From a virus, in IMG/VR virus record IMGVR_UViG_3300045988_054045: 64,000 nucleotides of DNA; one strand, 5' to 3'. Under the pieces are notes generated by a model, which was not told the origin of the DNA, made no database searches, and saw nothing but the letters and a program-made list of their open reading frames with translations. A program made the position numbers and the translations under genes. The first letter of the stretch is position 1; the number at the start of each line of letters is the position of its first letter. Below are positions 1-11,600 of this stretch, piece after piece.

Positions 1-3000
1 TTAACAACCTTTAATGGTAAGGAGGATTGGGAAAAAGCACTTCCTTTCTTTAAAGAGTTCCTATATCTAGATTTTGTTTCGGATGGACCTTTAGTTGAAA
101 GTTATCTTGCTCTGAAGACAAAAAATGGTAATATCCAGTACGAGTCAGCTATTAGTGATTTACTTCAACTTAGTACAAGTATCTTCTTCAACTCATACTT
201 CTCCCATAATTTAGTTCCAAAGGAAACTAGTACTCAGGAATTTAGAAGGAGACAAGAAGAAGTATTTGGTGCTGAGAATCTAACTTCTATAAAAAGAGGT
301 TCTAAGGATATTGGTATTCTTCTACCTAGCTATGTGCCAGTAATGGAAGATGTTGCAGCAGCCTATGCTATGACCACCGATGCTTATGTAAGTGGCATCG
401 CTAGGGATGGTGAGGGTCGTGCACTATCTGGAGTTGCTATGTCTATGCTTGGCACTAATTATAGAAACCAATGGGTAAATCAGTGCATGAATCCAGGTTC
501 TGCCACTAATGCCTTCTCCCTTTTAAATAGCTCTTTCCTTCATAGAGGAATGGTAGTGTCAAGAGAGTACAAGGGTAAAATAGGTAGCAAGAAGCACATT
601 GACTTCAATATGTCAGAGTCTTTCTATACTGCATTTGTAAGTAATTATTTATGTAATATAGTAGGTAATACAGATGCAGCATTCTTACCTTCTGTTATCT
701 CAGATAAATCCTCTCTGATTCACATGGTTGAAAATCTAAAGTCTACTAGTGGATTAGACAAGCCCTACGCGAACCTAACTAAGGATGAAACCATAGCTAT
801 TATAAACAAGGAGCTTGGAGATTGTTATGTAAAGATAATAAACTCTATAACCTCAGAGTGGGAACAATTAAACTCTGCTCTTAGGAGTATTGATACTTCT
901 TTAGTGTTTAACAATCCAGTTCAGTATCCGTTGTTGGCAAGTAAGAAGGTAATTCCTGTATTTAACCCAATGACTAACTTTGCGGAAGTGAATGCAGTCT
1001 ATGGGAATGATTCAAGAAAGGTTCTTGAAGAGGTATTGAGAGTATATCAAAACATTGTTAGGGGTAAAGACCTTGAAATTAAGGATGAAGTATCATTCCA
1101 AGGTAGCAAAACTTTATCATTCAACAGAACTTTAATATCTCTTACTAATAGGTTTAATCCAGAGTATTTTACTAGAGCTGGTCTTAACGTAGAAGAAGTA
1201 TTTGGTAAGCTTACTAACAGTGAGGACTTTTGGAGGATTAAAGAGGTAGAGTTATTAACTGACCTACTTGACAATGATTTCATGATTGAAACCACTGATG
1301 AAAGAGGTAATGCTCTTACCACTCCAGAGGTAGCATATCTAGCTAAGAACAAGGATTGGATAAAGTTCTCTACCAAAAGAGTAATATTGGCTAAGTATAC
1401 TAATTTTGGTAAAACTTTTGACATTACTAAATGGTCAGACCTATATTCCATAGGAGGTTACACCGAGAATGGAATAACTTATAATTGGGGAACTCCTGGA
1501 TTTAGTTTTTCTAAATTCCTAGAGATAAGAGGAGGAGAACTACAATTACATCCTGATTTGGCTAGATTTAACGTAATGGACTATCTACTTAGCCAAGAGT
1601 ACGTACTCTCTACCGTTGGAACTCATGCTAATCATCCAGCTAAGAAGGCTACTTCAAGCCCAAATGACTTAGTAGAAGAAGCTGCAAGATATATTGCTCA
1701 GCATAAGAGAAATGTATCATACACAGCTGCCAAGCAAGTTATGATTCAAGGTCTAATAAATGGTATATTACCTGAGTATACAATTGCTGTAATTGAGGAT
1801 GATACCGCCCCAACCTATAATCCTATGGGAGACCATGATGAGCATGGAGTTAAGCAATATGATGGTAGTACATTTGTATCCCCTGAGACAATGTATCTGG
1901 AGAATAATTCTCTTGGTGGTGCTAAGGTGGGTGTGGATAAGAAACCATTTATTCACTTCTACAAGGAAGGTAGTGCTACTGGTGGTATTATTAAAACTGC
2001 TGGATTTGCCTTAACCAACTTTACTATGCGAAATAGCAAGTTCTATCAGAGAATGGTAAAGAAGATGTGGGGCAAAACATGGGAATTTGAGGGTTCTCTG
2101 TTTAATGATAATGTATTGGTAGATTTCCAGGGTAATCTCATACCTTATGAGGATGTTTATTACAAAGGAACTGATGGTAAATTTTATATGATTAATAGTA
2201 TTACATATGTGCCAGAGGACGGTACATATATGATTATTAAATCTGAAGTTGAACCTGATGGTACTATTGTAAGACAACTTCCAGCTGAGATTACTCCCAA
2301 ACCTGGAGAAGGTCCGAGAGTTACAGCTAGTGGAACAACTCTTTATCCAGTAACAACCAACTTTGGCTTATATCAAATGTTTGGAGGCTGGAACTCCTAT
2401 TCTAAATCAGAAGATGGTTTAATTCCATCTGAGGTTTCAGTAAGGAATGTTGTTAAAGCCGTTAACGGTGTGGGAGTTAAAGTGTCTGATTCCGTTGTTT
2501 CCCAATCGGATGTGGTTCAGCCATTAAAATGGGCATCTATTCAATACGTGGTAACAGCAGGTGCTATTAAGCAAGGTGCAGCTAATGTTAATTTGAAGCA
2601 TGCTTATTTTGATGATAATCCATATCTGACTATGAAGTTTAAGACTACTGATATTGGTATTCAGCTAGATGCAGAACATAATGCTGATGAATCTACGCTG
2701 TCTATTATGACTCAGGTAGTTAATGCTTTGTCTTCTAGAGGTTACACTTCAGAGCAAGCTGGAGAAGTTTATGAAGCTATGTTTGCCCTAACTGAGGCTG
2801 GAATCAACGATTACGTTGAAGGATTTAGACAATACATGGATGATAGTGACCCTACTAAGTTCAAGGATGCTATAATCTCTACAATAGTTAAGTCTATTCA
2901 GAATAGTACTAGCAGAGATGGAAATCTTATGCAGGCTGTTATGGATACATTAATATCTGATACTAAGGCAGGTAAACTGGTAAAGTATAAGAATGTTGAG

Positions 3001-6000
3001 GGGGTAATTCCATTTAGTGACCCAAGCATCTTTAATGGACTTTGTTCTGCTATATCGTCCACTTTAACTAAGGCAGCTATTAGATTACAATTTAATGGTA
3101 GCCTTGCTGTATTGAATCCTTCTCATAAGATTTGGAAGCTGTATGGTGATAGAATGTATGATTCTTTTAATAATGATGAAGAAATTCAGAAGTTACAGGA
3201 ATTGTATAACTCTAAGCCTATAACTAACCTGTCGGAGTTGAGACTTGGTAGACACTATACAATTACTGTGGGTGATACTACATCTACAGAATTTATAGAA
3301 ACTCCTCAGCAGTACTGGGATTTAAGAAGCAGACTAACTCAGTCCGAACTAATGGGAATACCATTTAGTATTGTTGAAAACATTACAGCAGGTCGTGATT
3401 TAGCATCTTATAACTTCACGTTCAAGGACGTAGATGGAAACCTCTACAATATGTGGGATTTAGATGTAGTTAAAAATCTTTACTCTACCACTGACTCTAA
3501 AGAAAGAATACTCCTAAGAAGAGAGCTTCAGAATGCTTTGGGTGCAGTTAGTAATGGTAGGCTTGATTCTGTGTCCATTAATGGGGCAATAGTACAAGTA
3601 GATAAATCTTCTCTACAAACTCAGCCATTTGAGCTAATAATGCCTAAGATTTACGCTAGTAGATTCGGGCTGAAGAGAGGTGATAGTCTAGCAACCATTA
3701 AAAATGATGACACATTCTTCCTAAAGAGGATGTTATCAAATTGGGAAAGTAAAGTTAATGATGCTGATTTCGACATTGAACTGAAGAGGTTAAATGGTAA
3801 GCACGTATATCTAGTAGACAAGAGAGTTTATAAAGATACTCACTTGACTCCTGTGGAAATTGAGACTAGGTGGGATGGAGCTAAGCTTTACAGAGTTAAT
3901 AGCTCTGGAGAGAAGCTACACAGACTATCTGATGAATCAGATAGAATATACACTGATGTTAATGGTAATGAAGTAATTGTTACTAATAATACTCAGTTCT
4001 ATATTGATTCATTTAATTACCACACTATAAAGGTATCTAATAGTGCTGCTATGAGTAAGGATATTAGTAAGATTATTCAGCCTATACTAAGCTCAAAGTC
4101 TAAGGTGGCGAGTAGATTCGCCAAGTATATAGGTAAGAATGACCCTACTGATATTATAACTTATGTGAATAAGCTATACTCAGAAAGTATTAGTAAGTTG
4201 AGAATTAATCCTAGAGCTAAGATAGAAGACCCAAGTATTGATGCAATCAGAGATTCTGCTGCTGAATTACATACGTCTTTTATTAAATCTTTGGATGTTC
4301 TAGCTGCTCGTATCCCTGCTCAGTCTATGCAATCATTTATGCCTATGAGAGTAGTGGGATTTGACGAGACTGACACAAACTCCGCCTACGTTAATTACTT
4401 CCAGTTTTGGCTACAGGGTTCTGACTTGGATATTGATAAAGTTTCCTTGTTAGGATATTCATTTGACAGGACAGGTAAGTATGTTGGATGGAGTCCATAC
4501 TTTAATTTGAGTTCTCAGAGTGCATTAGTGGAATCTGAGAAGCTGCCATTCCCTACAAATAAAGAGTTAGAGTTGGTTGAGACTGATGATACAGCATTGA
4601 CTAATTGGGCTTATGATTTTGTAGGTTCAGGGAAATTGTTTAACTTTAGTGGTTCAAAAGTTCTATTCCTGCCAGAATATGACTTGGACAATTCTTTAGG
4701 TTCAATACAATCTTTATCGAACTTCTTAAGAATGATTAAGAAAAACGGCGGTAAATTGTATATCCCTAAAGGTTCTAGGCTTCCTTTTAACGAAATGAAG
4801 GAGTTGATTGACCGACACAATTTATACGTAAGGAACTCTAGTAACCCAGAGGATATGATTAAGAACTTCATATCTTCTTATATGTTCAAGATTAGTGATA
4901 ATCCTATTAATTTAATGCAATCACAATCATCTATTGATGATGCTGTGGCATTGTTAAAGGATATAGCTAAAGGGTCAACAGAAGGTCAGAGAACTCTACA
5001 ATTTACTCCAGGTAATGTAGTAAATAAGTATGAGTCTATGTATGATTTTCAATCTGGTAAGAAGAACGTTGGTATAGTTGCATCTGCTATTAAAGTGTAT
5101 GATGGTCTAACCCATTATTATAACACTACACTAGGTAGCGGTGATGTAATGAAGCAATCTGGACTATTATTCAACAGAGTTGTTTGTGGTAAAACTTTTA
5201 GACTGTTAGCTAACTCATATACTAGTAATCTAGAATCCGTAAGAAATCCCGAAGTATTAGATGCGTTACAGAACGTAGATAATGACACTGATGCTAAGTT
5301 AGTATTCTCTGCATTAATGTCTGCTGCAACTGATAATGCTAAAGACCCGATATTGGCTAAAATCAATGCTGGTCCTAACATGATGGGATTATATACTTAT
5401 GGTACAGCTATTGGTATTCCTTTAAATGATTTAGCTGGTACTATGATGTCTAAGACTGCTCGTATCCTTTCTAAGCTTATGGACTCTAATGTATTTAATA
5501 GGAAAGATGGTATGTCAATTACCAGTGCTATTAAGTATATCGAAAATGGTCCTAGCATTGGGGAATTAGACCCTGAATTCATCTCTATACTAAAGAAGGA
5601 GTTTGGGTCTGGCACAGATGCATCTGACTTCGTAATTGGTAAGATGTTACAATATAGACTCTCTGACTTATCTAAAGGTCACGAATTGATTGATAGCTTA
5701 AGAAAGAGAATAAGGTCTATGGAGGCGTCTATGAACAAGGTTTCAATGTATAAGTTTCTAGAAGAGTTATCTGATTATATTAGATTCGTCTATATCATAA
5801 ATAATGATGTAATCACTAACTCTGAAGGGGTACAATACAGAGCCATTGATTCGATAAAACAATTAGTTCAGGGTGCATCTGAGATGGGTAGGTTAAGGAG
5901 TATATATGCTCTTAATCAAGGTCTTCCTAACAAAGTAGAGGATAAATTTAAGTTTATCGATAAATTTGAAAGTATCTTCGAGGATAGAATAAGGGAGATT

Positions 6001-7518
6001 TCAGGTGAAGAGAAGGAATCAACTGTAATGGTTAATGGAATGGTTATGAAAGTTTCTGACGTTATCTCAAAGCTAAGGAATCTAACTAACGATGAAAGTA
6101 ATCCATACAGAATTTCTTTCAGCAGATTCATGTCTGACGAAGAGTATAGAAATACCTTAATTGCTCTATATGGAGGATTAAAGCATTCATTCAATGTGTT
6201 AGATGCAGCTTGGTCAGTACCTCACTACAGGGGCTACTTAGAAACTTTCCATATGGATATGGAAGGTAATTACATGATTATGTCTAAGTACAGAATGATG
6301 AGGGATTTAGGTCCTAGAATCATCAAAGATGGTAGCTTCTATAGCAGTAAGGAAAGGTCTAATGTTTATAAGAAGCTTCAATCATTCTGTGATATGACTC
6401 TTAGAAACACTTGGATGAAAACTTCTGAAAAGGTAATTACAGTCCCAGCAGGTGTAACTATTATGAATAGTATTGGTAATACCTTTACTACTCAAGGTGA
6501 TACCCCTATTATGTTAGGAACGAGGTGGGGTAATGAGTCATTTAAGATGTGGATGGATTCTGTGGTGATTCCCGAATTAAAGGATATAGAACCTAATGAA
6601 TTTATTCAATCTCTAAGTCCTATTAGATTAGATAGAACACTTAGTGGTAACTCTGCATTTGTGTATTCTTTACCAACTAATATGTTGCCTAAGTCTACAT
6701 CAGAGATAGAGCGTTTAAACAGATATAAGAGAGCCTTTAATCAATTACAAGGTGCTCCTACATATCAAGGTTATCCACTAACTGATTTATTCTTCTATTA
6801 TAATCTGATAAACTTTAACAACACTGTCTCTCAAAGTTCTTTGACTACAATCTTTGAGGACATCATTAGAACAAAGTCATCCCCACTGGTTGAGGAATTT
6901 CATAAATTCACATCAGTGTTAGATTCTAACTCAGAGTTAGTTGAGGGGGTAGATTTCTCTTATGAAGAAGCTCAAAAGTGGTGTGCCCCTATTGAGGATA
7001 CTAATTATTCTACTAGTTATTATGTCAGAGACTATAACAACGCAGATATGAAGTATCATCTATTTGTAAGAAAATCTAACTCTGCTGACGTTGGTGAGGT
7101 AGATGGAGATTTTGACTATGATTCCGATTATATGGATTGGGTTGGAGATGATTATGATAATGGAGACATGGGTGGACGTCAATATGGTCCTAACCTAGAG
7201 GATTATACAAAGGTTATTGAAAATACCAACTATACTAATCCCTGGGATACAGCTGACATATATAATGACTACAACATAAGAATTGACTCAAATTCTGTAA
7301 TTAATCTTGATGCTGACAAGAAGCTAAAATCTATAAGCTATAAGGGTAAAACCTATAGTAAGGAGGTTCTAGTGAGTCTAGCTAAATCACTAGGTGGCTC
7401 TGAATCAGATTTAGATATACCTTATGTAACCAGAGTTGTTGATGGCATAAACGTGAAAGCTATTGATGGCTTACAGTATTCTGCAATCATAACTCAACTA
7501 TTAGACAATCCTTGTTAA
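1..7518 (+). CDS. Giant virion-type RNA polymerase (crAss-like vRNAP family), 5' partial; reading frame is open from base 1
   Basis: Frame 1 has no stop from nt 1 to the TAA at 7516-7518. The track start at 334 is only the first GTG, so the protein exceeds 2500 aa. A DLDID (DxDxD metal-binding type) motif lies at nt 4423-4437 in the context FWLQGSDLDIDKVSLLGY. Coupled giant ORFs follow it, as in crAss-like transcription/ejection blocks. Confidence 0.7.
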   Translation, partial: LTTFNGKEDWEKALPFFKEFLYLDFVSDGPLVESYLALKTKNGNIQYESAISDLLQLSTSIFFNSYFSHNLVPKETSTQEFRRRQEEVFGAENLTSIKRGSKDIGILLPSYVPVMEDVAAAYAMTTDAYVSGIARDGEGRALSGVAMSMLGTNYRNQWVNQCMNPGSATNAFSLLNSSFLHRGMVVSREYKGKIGSKKHIDFNMSESFYTAFVSNYLCNIVGNTDAAFLPSVISDKSSLIHMVENLKSTSGLDKPYANLTKDETIAIINKELGDCYVKIINSITSEWEQLNSALRSIDTSLVFNNPVQYPLLASKKVIPVFNPMTNFAEVNAVYGNDSRKVLEEVLRVYQNIVRGKDLEIKDEVSFQGSKTLSFNRTLISLTNRFNPEYFTRAGLNVEEVFGKLTNSEDFWRIKEVELLTDLLDNDFMIETTDERGNALTTPEVAYLAKNKDWIKFSTKRVILAKYTNFGKTFDITKWSDLYSIGGYTENGITYNWGTPGFSFSKFLEIRGGELQLHPDLARFNVMDYLLSQEYVLSTVGTHANHPAKKATSSPNDLVEEAARYIAQHKRNVSYTAAKQVMIQGLINGILPEYTIAVIEDDTAPTYNPMGDHDEHGVKQYDGSTFVSPETMYLENNSLGGAKVGVDKKPFIHFYKEGSATGGIIKTAGFALTNFTMRNSKFYQRMVKKMWGKTWEFEGSLFNDNVLVDFQGNLIPYEDVYYKGTDGKFYMINSITYVPEDGTYMIIKSEVEPDGTIVRQLPAEITPKPGEGPRVTASGTTLYPVTTNFGLYQMFGGWNSYSKSEDGLIPSEVSVRNVVKAVNGVGVKVSDSVVSQSDVVQPLKWASIQYVVTAGAIKQGAANVNLKHAYFDDNPYLTMKFKTTDIGIQLDAEHNADESTLSIMTQVVNALSSRGYTSEQAGEVYEAMFALTEAGINDYVEGFRQYMDDSDPTKFKDAIISTIVKSIQNSTSRDGNLMQAVMDTLISDTKAGKLVKYKNVEGVIPFSDPSIFNGLCSAISSTLTKAAIRLQFNGSLAVLNPSHKIWKLYGDRMYDSFNNDEEIQKLQELYNSKPITNLSELRLGRHYTITVGDTTSTEFIETPQQYWDLRSRLTQSELMGIPFSIVENITAGRDLASYNFTFKDVDGNLYNMWDLDVVKNLYSTTDSKERILLRRELQNALGAVSNGRLDSVSINGAIVQVDKSSLQTQPFELIMPKIYASRFGLKRGDSLATIKNDDTFFLKRMLSNWESKVNDADFDIELKRLNGKHVYLVDKRVYKDTHLTPVEIETRWDGAKLYRVNSSGEKLHRLSDESDRIYTDVNGNEVIVTNNTQFYIDSFNYHTIKVSNSAAMSKDISKIIQPILSSKSKVASRFAKYIGKNDPTDIITYVNKLYSESISKLRINPRAKIEDPSIDAIRDSAAELHTSFIKSLDVLAARIPAQSMQSFMPMRVVGFDETDTNSAYVNYFQFWLQGSDLDIDKVSLLGYSFDRTGKYVGWSPYFNLSSQSALVESEKLPFPTNKELELVETDDTALTNWAYDFVGSGKLFNFSGSKVLFLPEYDLDNSLGSIQSLSNFLRMIKKNGGKLYIPKGSRLPFNEMKELIDRHNLYVRNSSNPEDMIKNFISSYMFKISDNPINLMQSQSSIDDAVALLKDIAKGSTEGQRTLQFTPGNVVNKYESMYDFQSGKKNVGIVASAIKVYDGLTHYYNTTLGSGDVMKQSGLLFNRVVCGKTFRLLANSYTSNLESVRNPEVLDALQNVDNDTDAKLVFSALMSAATDNAKDPILAKINAGPNMMGLYTYGTAIGIPLNDLAGTMMSKTARILSKLMDSNVFNRKDGMSITSAIKYIENGPSIGELDPEFISILKKEFGSGTDASDFVIGKMLQYRLSDLSKGHELIDSLRKRIRSMEASMNKVSMYKFLEELSDYIRFVYIINNDVITNSEGVQYRAIDSIKQLVQGASEMGRLRSIYALNQGLPNKVEDKFKFIDKFESIFEDRIREISGEEKESTVMVNGMVMKVSDVISKLRNLTNDESNPYRISFSRFMSDEEYRNTLIALYGGLKHSFNVLDAAWSVPHYRGYLETFHMDMEGNYMIMSKYRMMRDLGPRIIKDGSFYSSKERSNVYKKLQSFCDMTLRNTWMKTSEKVITVPAGVTIMNSIGNTFTTQGDTPIMLGTRWGNESFKMWMDSVVIPELKDIEPNEFIQSLSPIRLDRTLSGNSAFVYSLPTNMLPKSTSEIERLNRYKRAFNQLQGAPTYQGYPLTDLFFYYNLINFNNTVSQSSLTTIFEDIIRTKSSPLVEEFHKFTSVLDSNSELVEGVDFSYEEAQKWCAPIEDTNYSTSYYVRDYNNADMKYHLFVRKSNSADVGEVDGDFDYDSDYMDWVGDDYDNGDMGGRQYGPNLEDYTKVIENTNYTNPWDTADIYNDYNIRIDSNSVINLDADKKLKSISYKGKTYSKEVLVSLAKSLGGSESDLDIPYVTRVVDGINVKAIDGLQYSAIITQLLDNPC

Positions 7519-7519
7519 T

Positions 7520-8605
7520 ATGGCAGTATGTCTTAATAAAAATTCAGTAGAGTACCAGACATTGTTGAAGATGTCTGGTCTCTCTGAATTTAAATTTAAT
7601 GCTTTTACATCTACATTTGTAGATAAATTTGGTAGGTATCCAGAACTCGATGAGATACCTGGGGCTGACTCTAGACCTTATCTGAATAACTCTTTGTCAG
7701 TCAAAACAATAGATGATACGAGTTTCGTAAAGAATGATAAGATATTTTCTCAAACTGGCACAACAGATGTCAAAGAGGCTAATATTAGGATAAATAACAC
7801 GTATCGAGACTTGGAGGTTAAGCTAACCCCTTCTAGTGAGGTGTCTACGATACAAGTTAGGAAACGCCCAAATAAATGGGACAATGTATATGAGGGGGGA
7901 ATAATTATTGATGACTCCACATCTTCCTCTAGGAATGTTGGAGTTTTTAATAGTATATTAGAGAAATTAGCAAACCTCTATGGTATTAATTTTATTAGCA
8001 TTACTAACGGGGAACTATCCTCAGAACAATGGAAGGGAGTCGTAGATGATGCTAAAACAACTAACGCTTTCGTCTACAATGGTAATATATACATTAATAT
8101 AGATAATTCTAGCATTGATGCTCCATTGCACGAAATGTTACACCTATTCTTGGGTTCAGTTAGGTACAGTGACCCTCAACTATATTTTTCAATGGTGGAG
8201 GCTATGAATGAATTACCTAACAAAGCACTATTGGCTAGAAATTATAAGGACAGAACAGATTCTGACATAAATGAGGAATTGTTGGTGTTGGAGTTTTCAA
8301 AATATGTAACTGGACAAGATAGTATTATTAGTAAGTTGCCAGTTAATGTGCTACATAAAACATTCTACAATATGGGTAGAGTGTTAGACTCTATCTTATT
8401 TGGAGAGCAGAGTATAGCTACTATGGACACAAAGAGTCTATTCAACTCCTCTTTAGTAAAACTGTCTGAATATCTAGGTTCTGCACTAACTAATAATCAA
8501 TATTCAGGAACCTTTAATGTTAAGTCAGCTGAGGTTCACAGAGTATTAGCTAACGTTAAATCAGATTTAATGAAGAATAAAGACCTAAAAGAATTTTGTG
8601 GATAA
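7520..8605 (+). CDS. Zincin-like metallopeptidase-motif protein (HExxH + downstream Glu)
   Basis: HEMLH at nt 8129-8143 in the context IDAPLHEMLHLFLGS. A Glu lies 19 residues after the second His (VEAMNE), which is gluzincin-like spacing. The ATG is 1 nt after the upstream TAA (TAATATG). Confidence 0.55.
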   Translation: MAVCLNKNSVEYQTLLKMSGLSEFKFNAFTSTFVDKFGRYPELDEIPGADSRPYLNNSLSVKTIDDTSFVKNDKIFSQTGTTDVKEANIRINNTYRDLEVKLTPSSEVSTIQVRKRPNKWDNVYEGGIIIDDSTSSSRNVGVFNSILEKLANLYGINFISITNGELSSEQWKGVVDDAKTTNAFVYNGNIYINIDNSSIDAPLHEMLHLFLGSVRYSDPQLYFSMVEAMNELPNKALLARNYKDRTDSDINEELLVLEFSKYVTGQDSIISKLPVNVLHKTFYNMGRVLDSILFGEQSIATMDTKSLFNSSLVKLSEYLGSALTNNQYSGTFNVKSAEVHRVLANVKSDLMKNKDLKEFCG

Positions 8606-11600
8606 TGGGATGCATTTATGATTACAAAGGACATATCTTCCAATCTGAATTAGAATTAGATGATTTCTTACTTGAAAGGGGACATTTAGTATCTAAGTAT
8701 GGGGACATTGTGTTTAGTAAAAGCAATAGGGCTATCCAGACTTATGACTCCGTAATGAACTTAAAGATGGATACTGAGGCTCTTAAAGCAAGTAAGATAA
8801 TCTCTGAGGTTGAAGATGGAAAAAATGATATTGAAAACATTAATGTATCTGGAAATGGATATATTGGTGTGAATAAGTTTCTACAAGGTCTTAGAAACTT
8901 GGAGGGGGACTTATTATTCCCAGAATTTAGACCTGAAAATTATTGGAAGGAGATTAAGCCAAGATGGGCAGGAGGCAAGTTTGACAAAGAGGAGGCTGAT
9001 GCAATATTTGGTGAGGGAGTAGAAACTAGACCTATTGTAAGTGATGAGGAGTTTGCTAGAGCAAGAGAGGTTATTGAAAACAAATGGAAAGCTCAGGGTA
9101 AAATTGGTACTGAACTGCATAAGGCAATACAAAAGTATTTCAGTGAATCAAAGAGTGGTAGGAATATAAGGGAATCAGATGATAACTTCCTAATCAATAC
9201 GTATTTCCCATCTATATTAGACACTAAGCTAGTTCCAAGCAAGGTTATTGCAGAAACCGTCAAATACTGTAGAGACCTAGAGAAATCATTACAGAGAGAA
9301 TTTGGTGAAGACTTGATATACCTTCCAGAAGTTGCAGTTTCTGGAACTACTTCTCAAATAGGAGAATCTGGAAATCCCAATAAGCTATTAGGAGTTATTG
9401 ACTTACTAGTAATTGATGGAAGGGGAAATGCCCACATTATTGACTACAAGACATCACCCAGACCATATGTAGGAACTGCTTCTGAAGCTGGGTATGATTC
9501 TGCTAAAATCTTGACCTTCAAATACCAGCTAGGTGTGTATGAGCGTCTATTAAGAAAATATGGAATAAACACTAGCGGTTCTAGGTTGTTTGTAGCCCCC
9601 ATTCAGCTGTCAGATTTTAAGAGAGAAGGTGACGATTGGGTATACAGTGGTATAAAAGAATATTCAGGTCATGTAGAAGACTTGACTCAAGATATTAAGA
9701 CAAATATTAATATACAAGAGAATATTGACGAATTCCTTCCAGCACCGTTTGTTACTAAAGCTACAACGGAAAACCTACTCCAAACTGTAACCAGTGTAAT
9801 GTCAAAGTGGTTCCCTAAATATGATAGCGTTCCAGGAGAAATCACGGATGATATGGTAGCTGAAACTATAAAAGAAGGGAAGGGTGATAAGCCTAACCCT
9901 GAAACAGGTAAGTATGTATACTCTCCAAAAGGCAATGGGTATCCTCTTAAGGGAGATACATATGAGGAGCTATTTGTAAAGGTAAAAAGAAGGATGAATA
10001 GTATAGCCAACAATAAGATAAACACCACTCAGGTTATTAAGGAGGGTTTAATAAAGGCTATAGAGGATGAGAATCCGTACTATGAGTTTACAAAAGCACA
10101 AATTCCAGACAATCCTAGTGGAGTTAATGGATGGTTTCAAAGAAGAATGTCTAGATATTGTAACCGTAATTGGGAAGTGGTCGACTGTGAACCTGCAGAA
10201 TATCTAGGGTGCATACTACTCAGAAATAAATTTACTAATCAAATAGATGTAGTGAAAATTAGTACATCAATGCTAAAAAGGTCTAGAGAGTTAGTAAAGG
10301 GAAGACATGGTCTTACTGGAGCATTCGAAAGTGATATTATATCGCAGAATAAACCTAACTCTTTGATGATGGAAAGTGTTAATGGTAATATAGAACTAAT
10401 GGAAGCTATGTTAGTGCTTAATAATTTACCTAGTCTGTTTGAGGAGAACGCTATAGTAGGAGAAGTTAGTGTATATAACCCATTTAGAGAGGAGGGTATA
10501 TCTGCAGACAATAAACAGCTGTTATACTGCTTCAATGAGTTGGACAAGCTGTCTCCTATTGGCGTAAATAACATGAAGGGAAGAAACGCTGCTGTTAAGA
10601 TGGCGAATAGGTATGATATATTCTATAACAGGTTTAGGGAGATTATATCTAATGTTAAGGATGATACTAAGATAAACAAGAAGTGGAGAAAGTTTACTGA
10701 ATCTACCAGTGCTCTAGATGCTTGCATTGGAGACCCAACCCAGCTTAGACTAGAGCTTCTTAACCTTAGAAAAGAGTTTTTGGAAGCATTTCCTAACGTT
10801 AATGATACTAGACCTAACGATGATGTAATAGGTATGCCTCACGTCCAAGTATACAGGATGCTAGAAATGGCTATTGGTGAAATAGACGGTCTTGACTTCA
10901 GACAGCAGCTTAGTGACCATGATAAGTGGTTAGAATCAATTTATGTATGGAAAGCTGGTATGGAAGGTACATATCTTGATAATCCTGGTAATATGAAGAG
11001 TCCTATCCTAAATAAGTTGACCTCTTTAGTAACTGTGGCTTATCAGAATATCAGGGATACCGTAAATAGGTCTCAGGGAGAAATCAGGAATTTAGTCAAT
11101 GAATTAAAGAAGGACCAGAACTTCACCTATTTAAAGGAGAGGACAATAGGTAATCAGGCTACTCTATACAGAGATATGATAGTATATACAGATGATGGTG
11201 ATATACTACTAAAGAATCCAGACGACCCAACAACTGGGCTATCTGAGGCACAGAGGAAATTTCTGAAGTATTTTCTTAAAACGGTTAATTCCAACAGATT
11301 TAAGAATATGACTGAGGAAGAATTAGAGGAACTAAGGTTGTCAGGCGATGTTAGGTATTACAGGCTACCTCTAGCTGCTGGTAATGCTACATCTATTGCC
11401 TCAAGTAAGGGACTATTATCTGCAATAAAAGACAAGCTCCAGGATTGGAATCCAAAGAAGGCTGTAGAAAGGGCTAAAACAAAGGTAGAGGGCTTCTTAG
11501 ACCCAACTGACGTTAAAATTGAGAAAGTCCGTAAGGGTGAGCTATGGGAGATGACCAACTCATTTGATATTGGTGAAAAGGGTTCAGAGATACGATTAAG

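Noticed and set aside
8596-8604. TTG start at 8596 for the nuclease-head giant (as in the ORF track)
   Set aside because: An ATG at 8605 overlaps the upstream stop codon (TAATG), a classic coupling arrangement. The three extra codons are unnecessary.
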